This document shows positions 21,436 through 34,200 of a stretch of 64,000 bases of DNA, in pieces. The stretch is from Marsupella aquatica. Its lineage: Eukaryota > Plantae > Marchantiophyta. The position numbers and the translations under genes are program-made. The stretch spans positions 15,382,816-15,446,815 of the forward strand of contig OZ316895.1 of the NCBI GenBank assembly GCA_973895155.1, given 5' to 3'. The notes beneath the pieces are model-generated. The model was given only the letters and a program-made list of their open reading frames with translations, did no database searches and was not told the origin of the DNA. The first letter of the stretch is position 1. The number at the start of each line of letters is the position of its first letter.

Positions 21436-23259
21436 ATGCCTGGGAGGTGACGAGGTTTTTTCGTGATAGGTTTTTCCAGCGTTCATTGTTGGTGGCACAT
21501 TCGGAGTTTTGTCGCATGAAACTCGAATGTGTGTGGCTGAGCGGATAGGTTAGTGAGAGGGCTTTCTAACGGTGGTTAGAACTCGCCGATCGGTATCCGT
21601 GGTGCGGAGGAAATGAAGTTTGCGTCGTTCAGGGTTTATTCGTGTTCGACGGTATTTTGGGGGAGTGACCAGAGTTCACGTTTTTCAACGGTGTGAGCTG
21701 TGCGGTGCGGGAGGGATCGCACATTATAGCTTAAGTTGAAGGTTGAAGCGAGCTGGTCGTTTTGGTAGCTGGATTGCTGCCGAGTTGTTACCGAATGCGA
21801 TGTGACGAGTGACGGAGGCGTTCAGGTTTTTTCACAAGCTATGGAGCTTGTTCACATCTGAACCGGGTTTCTCTTCGTGACATCCGACTCGGTGGAAGAG
21901 ACGCGAAGTGCTTCGGCTCAACGGTTTGATCGCGGCGAGGCGGTCGTTTTGAGCCCGGGATTGGCATTTGACACGGAGTGAAGGCGACACGGCGGAAATT
22001 TTCTACTCTGCTGGAGCTGCAGACTGTGCCGGTGAAATTCGGCCACATTTCCCGTCGGCGGCATTCACTTTCCTCACTTAAAACGACGGCAATTAGGTGA
22101 GTTCTTTCTTTTTGTATTCCCGGGGCGCCGGCTGAATTGAAGGTCGCAACGGGAAGGGACTGAACGGGGGCCGGGGCGCGAGGTGTACCGGCGAGGGGCA
22201 AGGCGGCGGGGCGCGCGCCGGCCGGCGCTGCGTCCCCGTTTGCGATCGCAGCTGCGACCGCGGCTGCTTTACGTATGAAGGAGGGGAAGGGAGAGGGGGA
22301 GTCGCGTAAGGGGGAGAGGAGACCGTGTGTTACAAAAAATGCAAAAATTTCCCGTTGCGACCTTCAATTCAGCCAGCGCCCCTCCCCGGCGCGCAGCGTA
22401 CAATCGCCCCCCTCCCGACCTTGTATTTGGCTACCTTATACGCAGTCGCCCGACGCCCTTGCGTACTCTGTGTGCCCTTGTACTCTGCGTACACCGACAC
22501 GCGTCGCGTATACGCGGATGCGCCTTTTCATACTCGTATTTTTTTGATTTAGGGCGCTTTGCACCCCTTTAGGGCCATTTTTTGTCTTTTTCTTGCCGGC
22601 TCTTCTATTGGCTGTCCCGGGACTGGTGACCCTTCGTTTTAATCGCTCCGACAGGGGGAACGGCCCCCTGTGAGACCTGTCGGACTGTGGGTGAATATTC
22701 CCAAAAAACATAGAGCTATTTTTCGGCCGTCCGACAAAGATTCTATCCGCCGAACGGTAACTTTTTTGGTTCTTTTTCGGCGAGGACGTTGCCACTGGAG
22801 TTAGCAACGCGGCACACCGATCACATTGCGATTCCGATGACGGGTTGTACTTGGTATTTTGGTTATTCTCCGAGGTGGTCAAAACAGGGGAGTTTCCCAA
22901 GGTTTTACCCACCCCGACCAAAAATTGAATAACTTTTCCATTGGATTTCAATTTTGATTTCGGCTTTTAGTATTGGACTCCTAGCTTCGTGGGCTACGCG
23001 GCGGTGTTGAGTTTTGAGTTTTGTGAGAAGTTTCAAAAAAAGACGTTTTTTTGTGATTGATTCATATGAGTGACTCGGAGGATACTGGAAGAATTGGCGT
23101 CGGTGGAGCTTCAGGATTGCAATAGTCAGACGGAGAGTCTGAGGAGGAGACGCTACCGTTTGAGGAAGAACTAGTGACACCAGTTGATCACCGGTGTGGC
23201 GTGCAGTGGAGGAAGCTGTACTACTACCAGAGCTGTCGGTAGTAGGGAAGAAGAGGGAG

Positions 23260-26200
23260 ATGGCTAGATTTGGAGGAGTGAAGTTTGAGGTGGAGAAGTA
23301 CGATGGTCGTACTGACTACTTGCTGTGGGAGAAGCAAGTGAAGGGTGTTCTACGAGCCATGGGCTTAGCTCATCTGCTCTCTTCGCGAGAGCAATATGAT
23401 GGAGAGGAGGAGATTTCTGTGAGATAGTGGAGACAGGAGCAGGTGATTGTTGTCAATGCAGTAATGCTATATCTCAAGCCGCACATCATCAAGCAACTGG
23501 ATGATTATGCGGATTGCGCGTCACTGTTCAAGGCTCTAAGAGAGAAGTACTACCGGGAAGATGCGTCAGACCGGCTGTACAAGAAGTCTCTCTTGATGAG
23601 CCTCGGGCTCAAGGAAGGGAGCAAGATGCAGGATCACCTGGATGAGTTTGATAGTCTAGCGGTGGATCTGTCAAACCTGGGAAAAAGAGTTGAAGATGAG
23701 GATAAGGCCTTGCTTTTGCTAAGCTCCTTACCGCCGTCTTATCAGGGCTTGAAATAGGTTCTCTTGTACAGAGATCTGAAGTCCATTTCGTATAATGAGG
23801 TGGTGAGCTCATTACTGTCTGATGATGCTCAGAAGAAGCTGGGTCAATCATAGACAGCATCTTCTTCTGGCACTGCGCTCAATGTGAACAGGGGAAGAGC
23901 AGCGCAGCGCACGAATGGACAGAACAGGTTTAGATCTACATCACGGGGGAGATCTAAATCCAGAGGGAAATCGCAAGAGAGAAAGCCTCTTGCATGTTGG
24001 AATTGTGGCAAGTCTGGCCACATGAAAAGGGATTGTCGAGTAAAGGTCCCTACTGCCTTTGCTAACGCGGCATCGAGCTCGCATGAGGTAGATTTACTCG
24101 ATGATGATGACATATTGTGATGTCAAGGTTATGCTCTCAACGTAGTGTCAAATCCAGGTAGTGATGAATGGATTCTAGATAGTACATGTACTTTTCACAT
24201 TTGCTCTAGAAGAGATTGTTTCAGTTCTTACACGGTTTCCAATGGGTCAGTGTTGATGGGAAATGGAATCCCATGTCAAGTTGTTGGACTTGGATCTGTG
24301 AGATTTCAGATGTTTGATGGTGCTGTGAGAACATTGAGGAATGTGAGACATATTCCCAGTATGATGAAAAATATCATTTCACTTGGAGTTTTAGAGGCAA
24401 ATGGCCATCAGTGGAGTTCTGCTAATGGTGTCCTTCAGGTTTCAACTGGTACTAAAGTTGTATTGAAGGGAAAGAGACATTGCAATCTATACGTTTTGGA
24501 GGGCAGTGTAGTTTATGATCAAGCCAATGTAACCTTATCTCATGAGGAGACGGCCCGCCTGTGGCACTTTCGTTTGGGTCACATGCGTGAAAAAGGTTTG
24601 GCTATTCTTCAGAAAAAAGGATTACTTTCTAATTTGCAATCTTGTAAGTTGGAATTTTGTGAGCACTGTGTGCTAAGGAAGCAGCACAAGAAACCCTTCG
24701 AAGTTGGAACTCACACCAGCAAGGAGGTACTTGAGTATGTACATAATGATGTGTGGGGTCCAGCCCCTACTCCCTCACATTCTGGACGGTTATACTATGT
24801 CACGTTCATAGACGATTACTCAAGGTATGTGTGGATATACTTTCTACACAATAAGTCTGATGTTTTTGTCACTTTTAAGGAGTGGAAAGCCCAAGTTGAG
24901 AATCAGACTGGTAATAAGGTGAGATATCTTTGATCGGATAACGGCGGTGAATACAGTTCCAAGGAATTTGGAACGTATTGTAAGGAGCAGGGGATTACCC
25001 GCCATCTCACAACAAGTTACACTCCTCAGGAGAATGGTATTTCTGAGAGACTCAACCAAACTATTGGACCGCTCGAGGAGTATGTTGAGTCAATCATGCT
25101 TACCACATGAGTTTTGGGCTGAAGCTGTCAACACTACAGCTTATTTGGTAAATTTTTCTCCATCAAGTTCTATTGGATTCAAGATGCCATTTGAAATGAG
25201 GTACGGGCGTCCAACAGATTACTCACATCTGAGGATTTTTGGATGTGATGCTTATGTGCTTACACCTTCCCAGCTCCGATCCAAGCTGGAGTCCAAGTCG
25301 AAGAAGTGCATTTTTCTTGGCTATCAGAAAGGTGTGAAGGGTTATAGGTTATGGGATCCAGTAACCTATAAACTAATTGTCAGTAGAGATGTGTCCTTTA
25401 ATGAATCCAGATCATCAAAGGAGGGGGAGAGTTCTCAGGACTCCCATACTGACAAGGGGAAATCTCTTATCCCGAACCGGGTTGAGGGGGAGATTAGTCA
25501 TGATGCAGTTCATGACAGGAGAGATGGAGAAGCTCCGGGCTTGGAGCTGGTTCCTATGATGGAACAAGAGGAGCAGATTGTTTTTGGGATACCTCAAATT
25601 CAACCAGCAGCAACAGCAGATCAGCCTGAGTCATCTACTAGAAGAACTTCCAATCGTTCTACTAGAGCTCCTACCAGGTATGATCAATGGGCAGACTCAT
25701 CTAAGCTAGATGATATTGACATTGCACCTGATGATGATGACATGGCTTTGATCTTGGAAGAAGGAGAGCCTTCTTTGTATAGTGAGGCTTGTGCTTCATA
25801 GCAGAAGCATGAGTGGAATGTAGCAATGCAGAGGGAGTTACAATCTTTGAGTGACAACAAGACATGGGAGCTGGTGGAGCTTCCAAGAGGTCAGCAAGTG
25901 GTGGACAGCAAGTGGATTTACAAGTTGAAGGATAGTCCTTCAGAGGGTGGAGACAAGATCTACAAGGCAAGGCTTGTTGCCAAGGGATTCACTCAGGAGA
26001 AAGGAGTGGATTACAATGAGGTCTTTTCACCGGTGGCTAAGTATTCCACAATTCGAATCTTGTGTCAGCTTGTTGTGTTTTTTAATCTGGTGATAGATCA
26101 GATGGATGTTGTTACTGCTTTTCTCTATGGCAACTTGGAAGAGATGATCTTCATAAGACAGCCACTAGGCTTTATGAAGAAGGGCCAAGAGAACTTAGTT

Positions 26201-27337
26201 TGCAGATTGCTCAAGTCTTTGTATGGATTGAAGCAGTCTCCCAGACAGTGGAACAAGCGGTTTGATGATTTCATGTTTGCTCAAGGTTTTACAAGGATGG
26301 TGTATGATCCTTGTGTGTATACGAAATCAGTCAAGAATGATGTATTTGGTTTCATCATTCTGGTGATCTATGTGGATGACATGTTGATTGTGGCTAAAGA
26401 TTAATCTGAGGTTGACAGTCTCAAGGCGAAATTGAGTGCTGAATTCAGGATGAAGGATCTTGGTAAGGCCAAGAGGATCTTAGGGATGGAGATTTTTAGG
26501 AACTCTGATACTGGACAGTTGTGTTTGAGTCAAGGCCAGTATGCGAGGAAAGTACTTGCACGATTCAACATGGAAAACTGTAAGCCAGTGAGTATTCCTT
26601 TAGCTTCACATTTCAAGTTATCATCGGCTTTCTCTCCTACGGATGTTGTGGAGAAAGGTCTGATGGCTAAGATTCCTTATGAGAAGGCAATAGGCAGTCT
26701 GATGTATTTGATGACTTGTACTAGGCCTGACTTGGCCCTAGCGATGGGCAAGGTTAGCAGATTCATGTCAAATCCAAGGAAGGTACACTGGGAAGCTGTG
26801 AAATGGATTCTCAGGTATGTGAAGGGAACACAGGACTATGGATTACTATTTGATGCGAGATCAAACAGAACGTTAGTTGGCTATGTAGATTCTGACTATG
26901 GAGGCTTTCTGGATACAAGGAGGTCTACAAGTGGGTTTGTATACACTCTTGGAGGAGGATGTATCAGTTGGAAATCTACCTTGCAAAAGTGCATATCTCA
27001 GTCTACTACAGAAGCAGAGTATGTTGCGGCAGTTGAAGCAACAAAGAAAGCAATTTGGTTGGATAAGTTGATCGCGGAGATGGGTTTAGAGCATGGAAAA
27101 ATGACTCTAAACTGTGATAGTCAGAGTGCTCTTCACTTGGCTGCTAACCAGGTGATAGATAGCAGGGTGAAGCACATTGATATTAGGTACCATTTTATCA
27201 GGCAAGCAGTGTCTGATAAAACTTTTGAGCTAGTCAAGATTGATGGAAAGCTCAATCCCGCTGATGCCTTTACCAAAGTGATTCCTTTGGAGAGTTTCTC
27301 AAGACACCGTGCTACTTTGCAGGTTTTGCAGTTGTAG
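23260..27337 (+). pseudogene. Disrupted gag-pol of the Tork-like element
   Basis: Starts MARFGGVKFEVEKYDG; motifs CWNCGKSGHMKRDC, WILDS, WHFRLGH, SDNGGE, YKARLV, YVDDML, ADAFTK; about seven stops and a frameshift near 25060. Confidence 0.93.
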
Positions 27338-27544
27338 TGCACGTAGAGTTATTTAGCAATGTGTGACTATTTGTATATGGATTACTCATTCCTGTATGGC
27401 TACGGCTTAGTTCTAGTTAACCCTTAGTTAACCCTTGTGGTTTTTAGGGGGAGACCTGGTTTGGTGATTGTCTAGAACTTCCCGCTGAGGATTCCATATG
27501 GTAGCATTTAGTCCAGTCCCCAAGACAAGAGTCAAGGGGGAGTT

Positions 27545-27888
27545 TGTTAGATATTGCTCTAGTCTTGTGACTCATGAGCTAACCACAGTTAGTCTAACTC
27601 GGGTTAGGACTTAGCTAATGTTAGCGATAGTGCTGTTGTGCATATAGCCAGAGCTGATGCCAGACCCTGGTGGAACTTAGGCTCATTGTTACGGAGCTAG
27701 TTGAGAGATAGGAAGAGCTTGTGCTGTGGATGCTTGGTATGGCCGGTCGGCCTAGAGTACAGTAAAGCTCTTGTGTGTTCCCGTGGACATAACCTCATGT
27801 GGAGGTGAACCACGTATCTCTTTGTGTTGACTATTGTGTGTTGGATGGTTCATGGGCTTGCCGTTGCGAATGCCATCTATGCTCAACA
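27545..27888 (+). repeat. 3' LTR of the Tork-like element
   Basis: Direct repeat of 21078-21421, followed by the TSD GAGAT. Confidence 0.95.
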
Positions 27889-30314
27889 GAGATATCTATG
27901 TATTTTTGTTTCAATTTATTTTAGACCCACCATGTTTTTTGAACAGTATTCACAATAGTTCAGAAGTTAAATAGTTGCCTACTAAAAAAATGACACGGAA
28001 GGATGGAAGCGGGACCAACACACCTTTTGGGGGGGGATTGCACACTTTGAGGTACCTCAAAGAATATTAGTTTTCTCAATTATCTAGATACCACAGTACT
28101 AAAATCATTTTATTACCATTTGGGGGAGATTGCTTAAAGTTGGAGCAACCCTAACCCTGTGACTCTATGCTTGTCATGAGAAAATTAATCCTGGGTAGTC
28201 CCAAAGTGACCTAATGTGGAGCTAGTACTATCTATGTTTCCATATTTCTAATGTGAATTCATCCACACTCGGGCAATCCAATGCTCAACTGATCGATGTG
28301 AAGCTACTTTACACCTATTTGTAGGGAGAAAATTACTTTAACACATGGGCACCATGTTCAAGTAACGCAAATTTTGTACCCATCTGGCTCCATATTTGTG
28401 GTGATGGAATTTGTCCACCACCTTGGCAGTCCCAAGGTCAAGTAATGTGAAGCTAGTACTCATGTAGTGGATCCATATTTGTAGTGAGAGAATTCATGCA
28501 TGCCAGACCCTGAGCAGTCCGACATGCGGTCGTCTCGTGTTGGTTCTCGATACAGTACTTCTCAATAGAATTACCCCTTCAAGACAAAAAAGAAAAAGGC
28601 AGAGTGAAGCTCAATTGATGTGAACAACGTGTGACCCAGAAGTTCTTGATATGCTAGAACTTTTCCTTTTGAGCCCCCAGGCAAGGAAGTGGGTGCCAGG
28701 ATGGCCTAGTTGAAAGCAAACACCTTAACAATTAATAATTAAAGTTTTATATTCACAATGTAGAGACGTGTTGTGTGAGCACCATGAGCATAAAATTAGT
28801 ATGAAACTCAATGGAACTTATATGTACTCTTGGCTGTTCACATGATGTTCCGGTGGATTATGACAGCACCACATACTGTAGTTGGATGGAAAGAGTTTCT
28901 GAAATAAATGGTCTAATTTAATATATTATATATTTTTGGGTAGGGAACGGGTGCTCTAAGTGTGGAGAGAAAAATCTAACTGTCACCTAGGAAATGTTTC
29001 ATTTGTGGTTCAACAAGGGCCCAACTACTTAACAAATTTAGGGATTCCTATGTCGAGAAGAAAAAATCATCTTTCCTTTTGAGAGTTGAGTTCATTTTTT
29101 TCTGCACCACCTTAGAGCTAGGATAAACTGGTTTTGGCCTTAGTGCATGTGCTCCCTCCTCATTACTCATGTCCTGACAAAGTGTTGGCCCCACTTTTAT
29201 CCCCACATGTCATTTTTCTAGTACATAACAATTTAGCTCCTAAAAGATTATATTTCTCTTTAGAAAAAGTGATCAGCCTTTTGTGTTTCTCGCATAATGA
29301 CTTTAGTTAGTGACACTTAAGTCACTAAAAACCATAAACTTAGGAAACAACACTATGAGTTGTAGTTAAGAGGGGAGGAGTTGGAATTATCCTGAAATTT
29401 TTATTTTTCACACTTCTTGGCTTCCTCACAGTCTTGGGAAGAGAGAGATTAGGGTTTAGGTATCCTTAGTGCATGAAATGTTTATTTTAACATAACTTAA
29501 TAGAAACATAAAAATAACATATTCTAGCAAAGGGTTGGCAACATGGAAAAATAAATATAGACCTAAAGAGGGAGTCTAGAAAAAGGAAATTTAAAAACCT
29601 AAGAATCAAACTAAACCTGAGTAGGCTTCCGAACAAGGAACACCAGAAAATCATTATTATCATTCACAGTTTTAGAACACATATTCGCAGAAACTGTCAT
29701 GCACAGAGTGTGAAAATTTTATACCACTAGTGTTTTTTGCTGATTTGTATTGTTGTTGATTTTTCTAATCAAAGCCAAAAGAGTACTTTTCATTTGGAAG
29801 AGATTCAGCCTGACAATGCTTCTCCAATGTTTGATTCTGTTGTGTGCGTTATATGTTTTCTTTTTCAGCCCCTCTTTCCCCTTCTTCAAGTATTTGTGTT
29901 GTGCAAAGATATTGTAGTAAGTTACCCCATTCAAAGTGAGCTTATTCTTGGGGCAAGCTTATTTGGGAGTAGTACAAAAATTTGTGGAAAATATTGGCAA
30001 AGTCATCTTATTGTTGGTTTGAATAGTAAAGCCATAGCAGAATAAGTTCTAAACATGGATGGGTTAATGTATTTCAGAGTATATGTGAGCAATTCATGGG
30101 GTTTGGGTGGTTGGGGTAACTTGGACTATGATGGTATGACTGTCCGTATTCCATTGGAATAAGAAAACTTGGAAGTTGTAAAGACGTCTCTAACAAGGCT
30201 AGCAAACCAGTGGACACTTTCTGAGCAAGTATGCATGCCACTAGTATGGTTGGATACTCAAAACCTTAGGGATTAGTTTGCACTTGCTTTCTCTCTGGTT
30301 GTGTGCTGGTGAGA

Positions 30315-30335
30315 GGGGGGGGGGGGGGGGGGGGG
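30315..30335 (+). repeat. G21 homopolymer
   Basis: Run of 21 G. Confidence 0.9.
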
Positions 30336-31228
30336 CTGTCTTCTTTTGTAACCCCATATATCATATATCTCACTCAATTCATGGGTAGGTTGGTAGGAGG
30401 AAAGGTTCCTGGTCAAGGAAAGTGGGAGGATCAACTTTCGAAATAATGATATAGCTTAAAAGCTTAGAAAAGATTCTGAATTGAGGAATGCAACTTTTCC
30501 AAGGTTGTAAAGTAGTTTGATTCAAAGGGTCGCACGCATTACAAGGTGGGGTAATGAAAGGTGTAAGGCAAAACTGCAAAAGCTCTTGATCAGACGTCGT
30601 TCGCTCATATATCCCCACAAGTGCAAATAAACGTACTTGGTAACTTGGACATGTACAACATGAGGTACGGGAGTAAAGGATGACATAGGCCCTCTTCATT
30701 ACTCGGCATGCCTAAGGAGCTGATTATATTGGCGGGTGCTATATGCAATCAATCAAAACGATGTTGTGTGAGTAAATGTAACTAAAGGAAGCACTAAATG
30801 GAAGTCTAAGGAGACTCCCCACCCCATGATCATGAGTCAATCAATGATGTACACTCTAAAGAGAGTTTTCAATCTTAGCCTAGGCTCCATCCAGCTCCCC
30901 TCAGAGCGAATTAGACCATGCCGAGTCTAAACATCTGGAGAAGCCCAACCCCCTTCAGACACCGTCTTAATAACACCACTGATAATGAAAGCCTCGAGTG
31001 CAAAATGGAGCCAGGCGCTTCTACCATACCAATCAATCACCTTGAAAGAGGAGGTTTGGTAGTAAGTTGCCCCTCAACCTTGAACTCACTATTTAGCCAT
31101 GCATGCATTATTATGCGGCAGGGAGTAGAGGTTTACACTTGAGGTTTGTCAATCATCGCCTCTCATTCTAAGAAGATTGTAGTCAAAATTCCACTCTATC
31201 CATCTACTGCTACTTGACACCTTCTTCA

Positions 31229-34200
31229 TTATCTAGCTGGGGGCCGTCGCCTTGGAGGAGAGCGTCCTCTACCTCTACCTCTTCTACCTCTACCTGGAGA
31301 CGAGCCAGGCAGCCCAATTCTGACTCTTTTGGCAATGGGCGGTGACCTGGGGGTGTCTGAAGACTTGAACCCTGGCCTCTTGAGATGTCTAAGAGCTTCC
31401 TCTGCAGCGTGCTGCTTGGCTATGTCCCAGCTGACACCACTCCCTTTGCCTAGAACTTGGCCCCCGACCTCTACTTGGCAATGGTAGAAGCGCCTGGCTC
31501 CTTCTCCTGTGGGAGGCAAATCAGCTTCCTGGAAATTGACATTTACACCTAGGACTGTACATCGCTCCTTCAACGTGGCAACAAAGTTGATTTGCCCAGA
31601 CGTGCTTGGCAGCTCCAAATAATCCATGTCCAGCCCCCCTCCCCCAACTCCTCCACCTCCCAGCCCTGAAGGATGCAGTCTGCCGGAGTCCCTAGAGCTA
31701 CCTTGTTGAACCAGCATTGAGTCGTCATCATCCACACCTCCGAGGAATGAATTAGGGTTGGATCCGCCGAGGCCCACAAGTGAATTCTGTGGTTGTTGTT
31801 GAGGGGCGGATTGGTAGGAGTTGGGACTCAATTGCCTGGCCAGAAACCACAGTGCAGCTTCGGCAGCACGAAATCGAGCTTCCTTCTTCGTGCTGCCAGT
31901 ACCCTCGCCCACTTTCTGGCCAGCGAACGAGACCTCCACTTTGAACAGCAACCGTGTGGACGACGATGCCAACACGGCCTTGTATTCCACTGTGGCTTTC
32001 AGTTTCTGGGCAATGCCTTGCAACACGTCGACAAAATTGGTCGGGCCTTGCTGATGTCGCCCGGGATGCACCAGCTGGAGATCCTGCTGCAAGCCTGCGG
32101 CCAGACTTCTGCTGGTGAGGGCTTGCTGCTCGTCTTCCTCGGATGACATGTATGAATGCTGCTGATCTAGTCCAAACGCATCCGGTCGTTGTTGTTGCTG
32201 TAAATCGTCCGCGAGAAACCTGTTGGAATCCTGAGGAGGGCCAAGCCTTCGTCTGGGATCTAAAGGTCCACCTCCATTCCCACCCCGATCATGATTAAGA
32301 AAAGGGGCGTCTACAAATCCGGGAGGGCCGTGAAGCTCATGAGGATTGTCATACGAAGGGGACTCTGGTTTTAACGCCAGCTGCTCTCCTGACGACCGGG
32401 TGGGCCTCCCGGGGCTCATTTCTTCTTCCGCGCCAGGGTACGAAGAAATGTTTGAGTTGGATATCTTTCCCCCGGGATAAGAAGGCGCGAGGTCATCGAA
32501 TTTCGATAGCTCCGCCCCCCGCCCATGATTGATACCGGTGTCCATGCCGTGCTGCAAAATTAAGAGACGACGACGGGTGTCCGGATCCAGCTCTGATTCC
32601 GGGACCTCCCCCTCCTCTTCCCTCGCAGGTGATGAGCCTTGGGTTGAGTTAGGATGTTGGATTCCAACATTGCCCACAGGCGGCCTCAAAAGAGGTGGTT
32701 GTTGCTGGTGGTGTTGAAGAAGCATGTCTCCCCCTCCGAGCTGGGCATACGATTCTGCTAGAGCATCTTGTCGAGATTCCCTCATTTCTTCGGAATTCAA
32801 TGGGTTGTGAGAGAGGTGATTCCCTGCAAGAAGGTGGGACATAGTGGAAGGGGGAGGTGGTTGTTGTTGTTGCTGCTGCTGCTGTTGCTGCACTGTCTGA
32901 GGAGTTAACGTATTTACTACAGTTGCCAATCTCATGTCGTCATTCTCCCCTCGAAAGCTTTGGAGATGTCCGAAATTATTCCTTACCTCGGCAGCGATCA
33001 AGCAGTTGCTAACGTCCGGAGCAGAGGGCAAAGTGATCACATCAGTCTCGAATTGAACCTCAGCCATTTGCTGCGACAGAGTCTCGTCAAAATGCTTAAA
33101 AAATCCGGCACGCACATTGCATGCCACATTCCGGGCAACACGCAGAGCCGGCACTGTGAGGCCGGAATTGGTCTCGGCCTGAGGTGAAGAATAGGGAGCA
33201 AAAGCAGGCACCACGTGAACCCTCGGTTGGTCCGATTCTTCCCAAACTTTCAGTCTGTCATCCACCACCATGGCCATGTTTGGATGGCACTGGTGATGTG
33301 GGAACACATTCAATAATGACTTCTTATTACCTGACTTTACGCAAACAACTCGTTCCATTAGCTCTCGGGAATTTATCAGCCCAGAGTCTGGATCAAGAAG
33401 ACGCCACATCTCTAAAGCATACTCCCTCTCCGCCATGGTGCAGATGAACACCTCAAACCTTTTCCTCCCTTTAGCGATCAAGTACCCCCGCAACTCCTCC
33501 CATGCTGGCCGGAGCCTGACCAGCACACTCGTGTCTCGCACCGAGGGGTTGATGCGGGTAAGGACCATGTTACGATCTGGCAGCCTAATAATGGGGCGCA
33601 CCAGAGGAAGTGCGCCATCAGTCAGGGGGGGCACCACCTCTCCCTGAGCCTCGATGATATTCCCATTCTCATCAAAAATTTGGTCATTATCTACAAACTG
33701 TTTGAGGAGGATTCTGTCTTCCTGATACCTCTTCAGCTCCGCCATCATGCTGGCTCGCCGTATGGGATCCATTTCTGTCAAACCACAAACTCGCCGGTCA
33801 AGAACCTCGATGCGATTTTCAAACGACCTCATTGTATTGGCCACAATCAATGTTTCATCGAGATCAAAGACCATGGCGAGGCATCTCAAGTTCAGCATCC
33901 CAAGACAAGACGTGTACGTTCCCTCGGTGGTCAAAAAGGCCCAGAAGCAGGACCGGCGACTTGGCCCTGCTCGGGACTCCATAGCTACCAAGTGGAGCTC
34001 GTTCCCATTCTCCAAGAGTACCACGGCAGTCTTAGCTTCTTCGAGACAGGAGGAGTATAAGAGATCGAGCCGACGGCAGTCTCCGTGGAGCTGTTCGTCG
34101 GTCGGGGCCATCTTGAAACAGGGGCCACCGACGGGACTTATGGTGTGCAAAACTGCCAAAGGATTCAACCCTCGCTCGCTAGATGGCGACACATAGGCGA

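Larger units (their letters stand above)
21078..27888 (+). mobile_element. Full-length Ty1/copia LTR retrotransposon, Tnt1/Tork-like
   Basis: 344-bp TG...CA LTRs at 21078-21421 and 27545-27888; TSD GAGAT on both sides; PBS TGGTATCAGAGC at 21424-21435; PPT aagggggag before the 3' LTR. Confidence 0.95.

Noticed and set aside
22275-23180. ORFs in the Tork-like leader
   Set aside because: Expected from GC richness; no recognisable domain.
30315-30335. G21 run as a functional G-quadruplex
   Set aside because: Simple homopolymer of uncertain assembled length with no supporting context.
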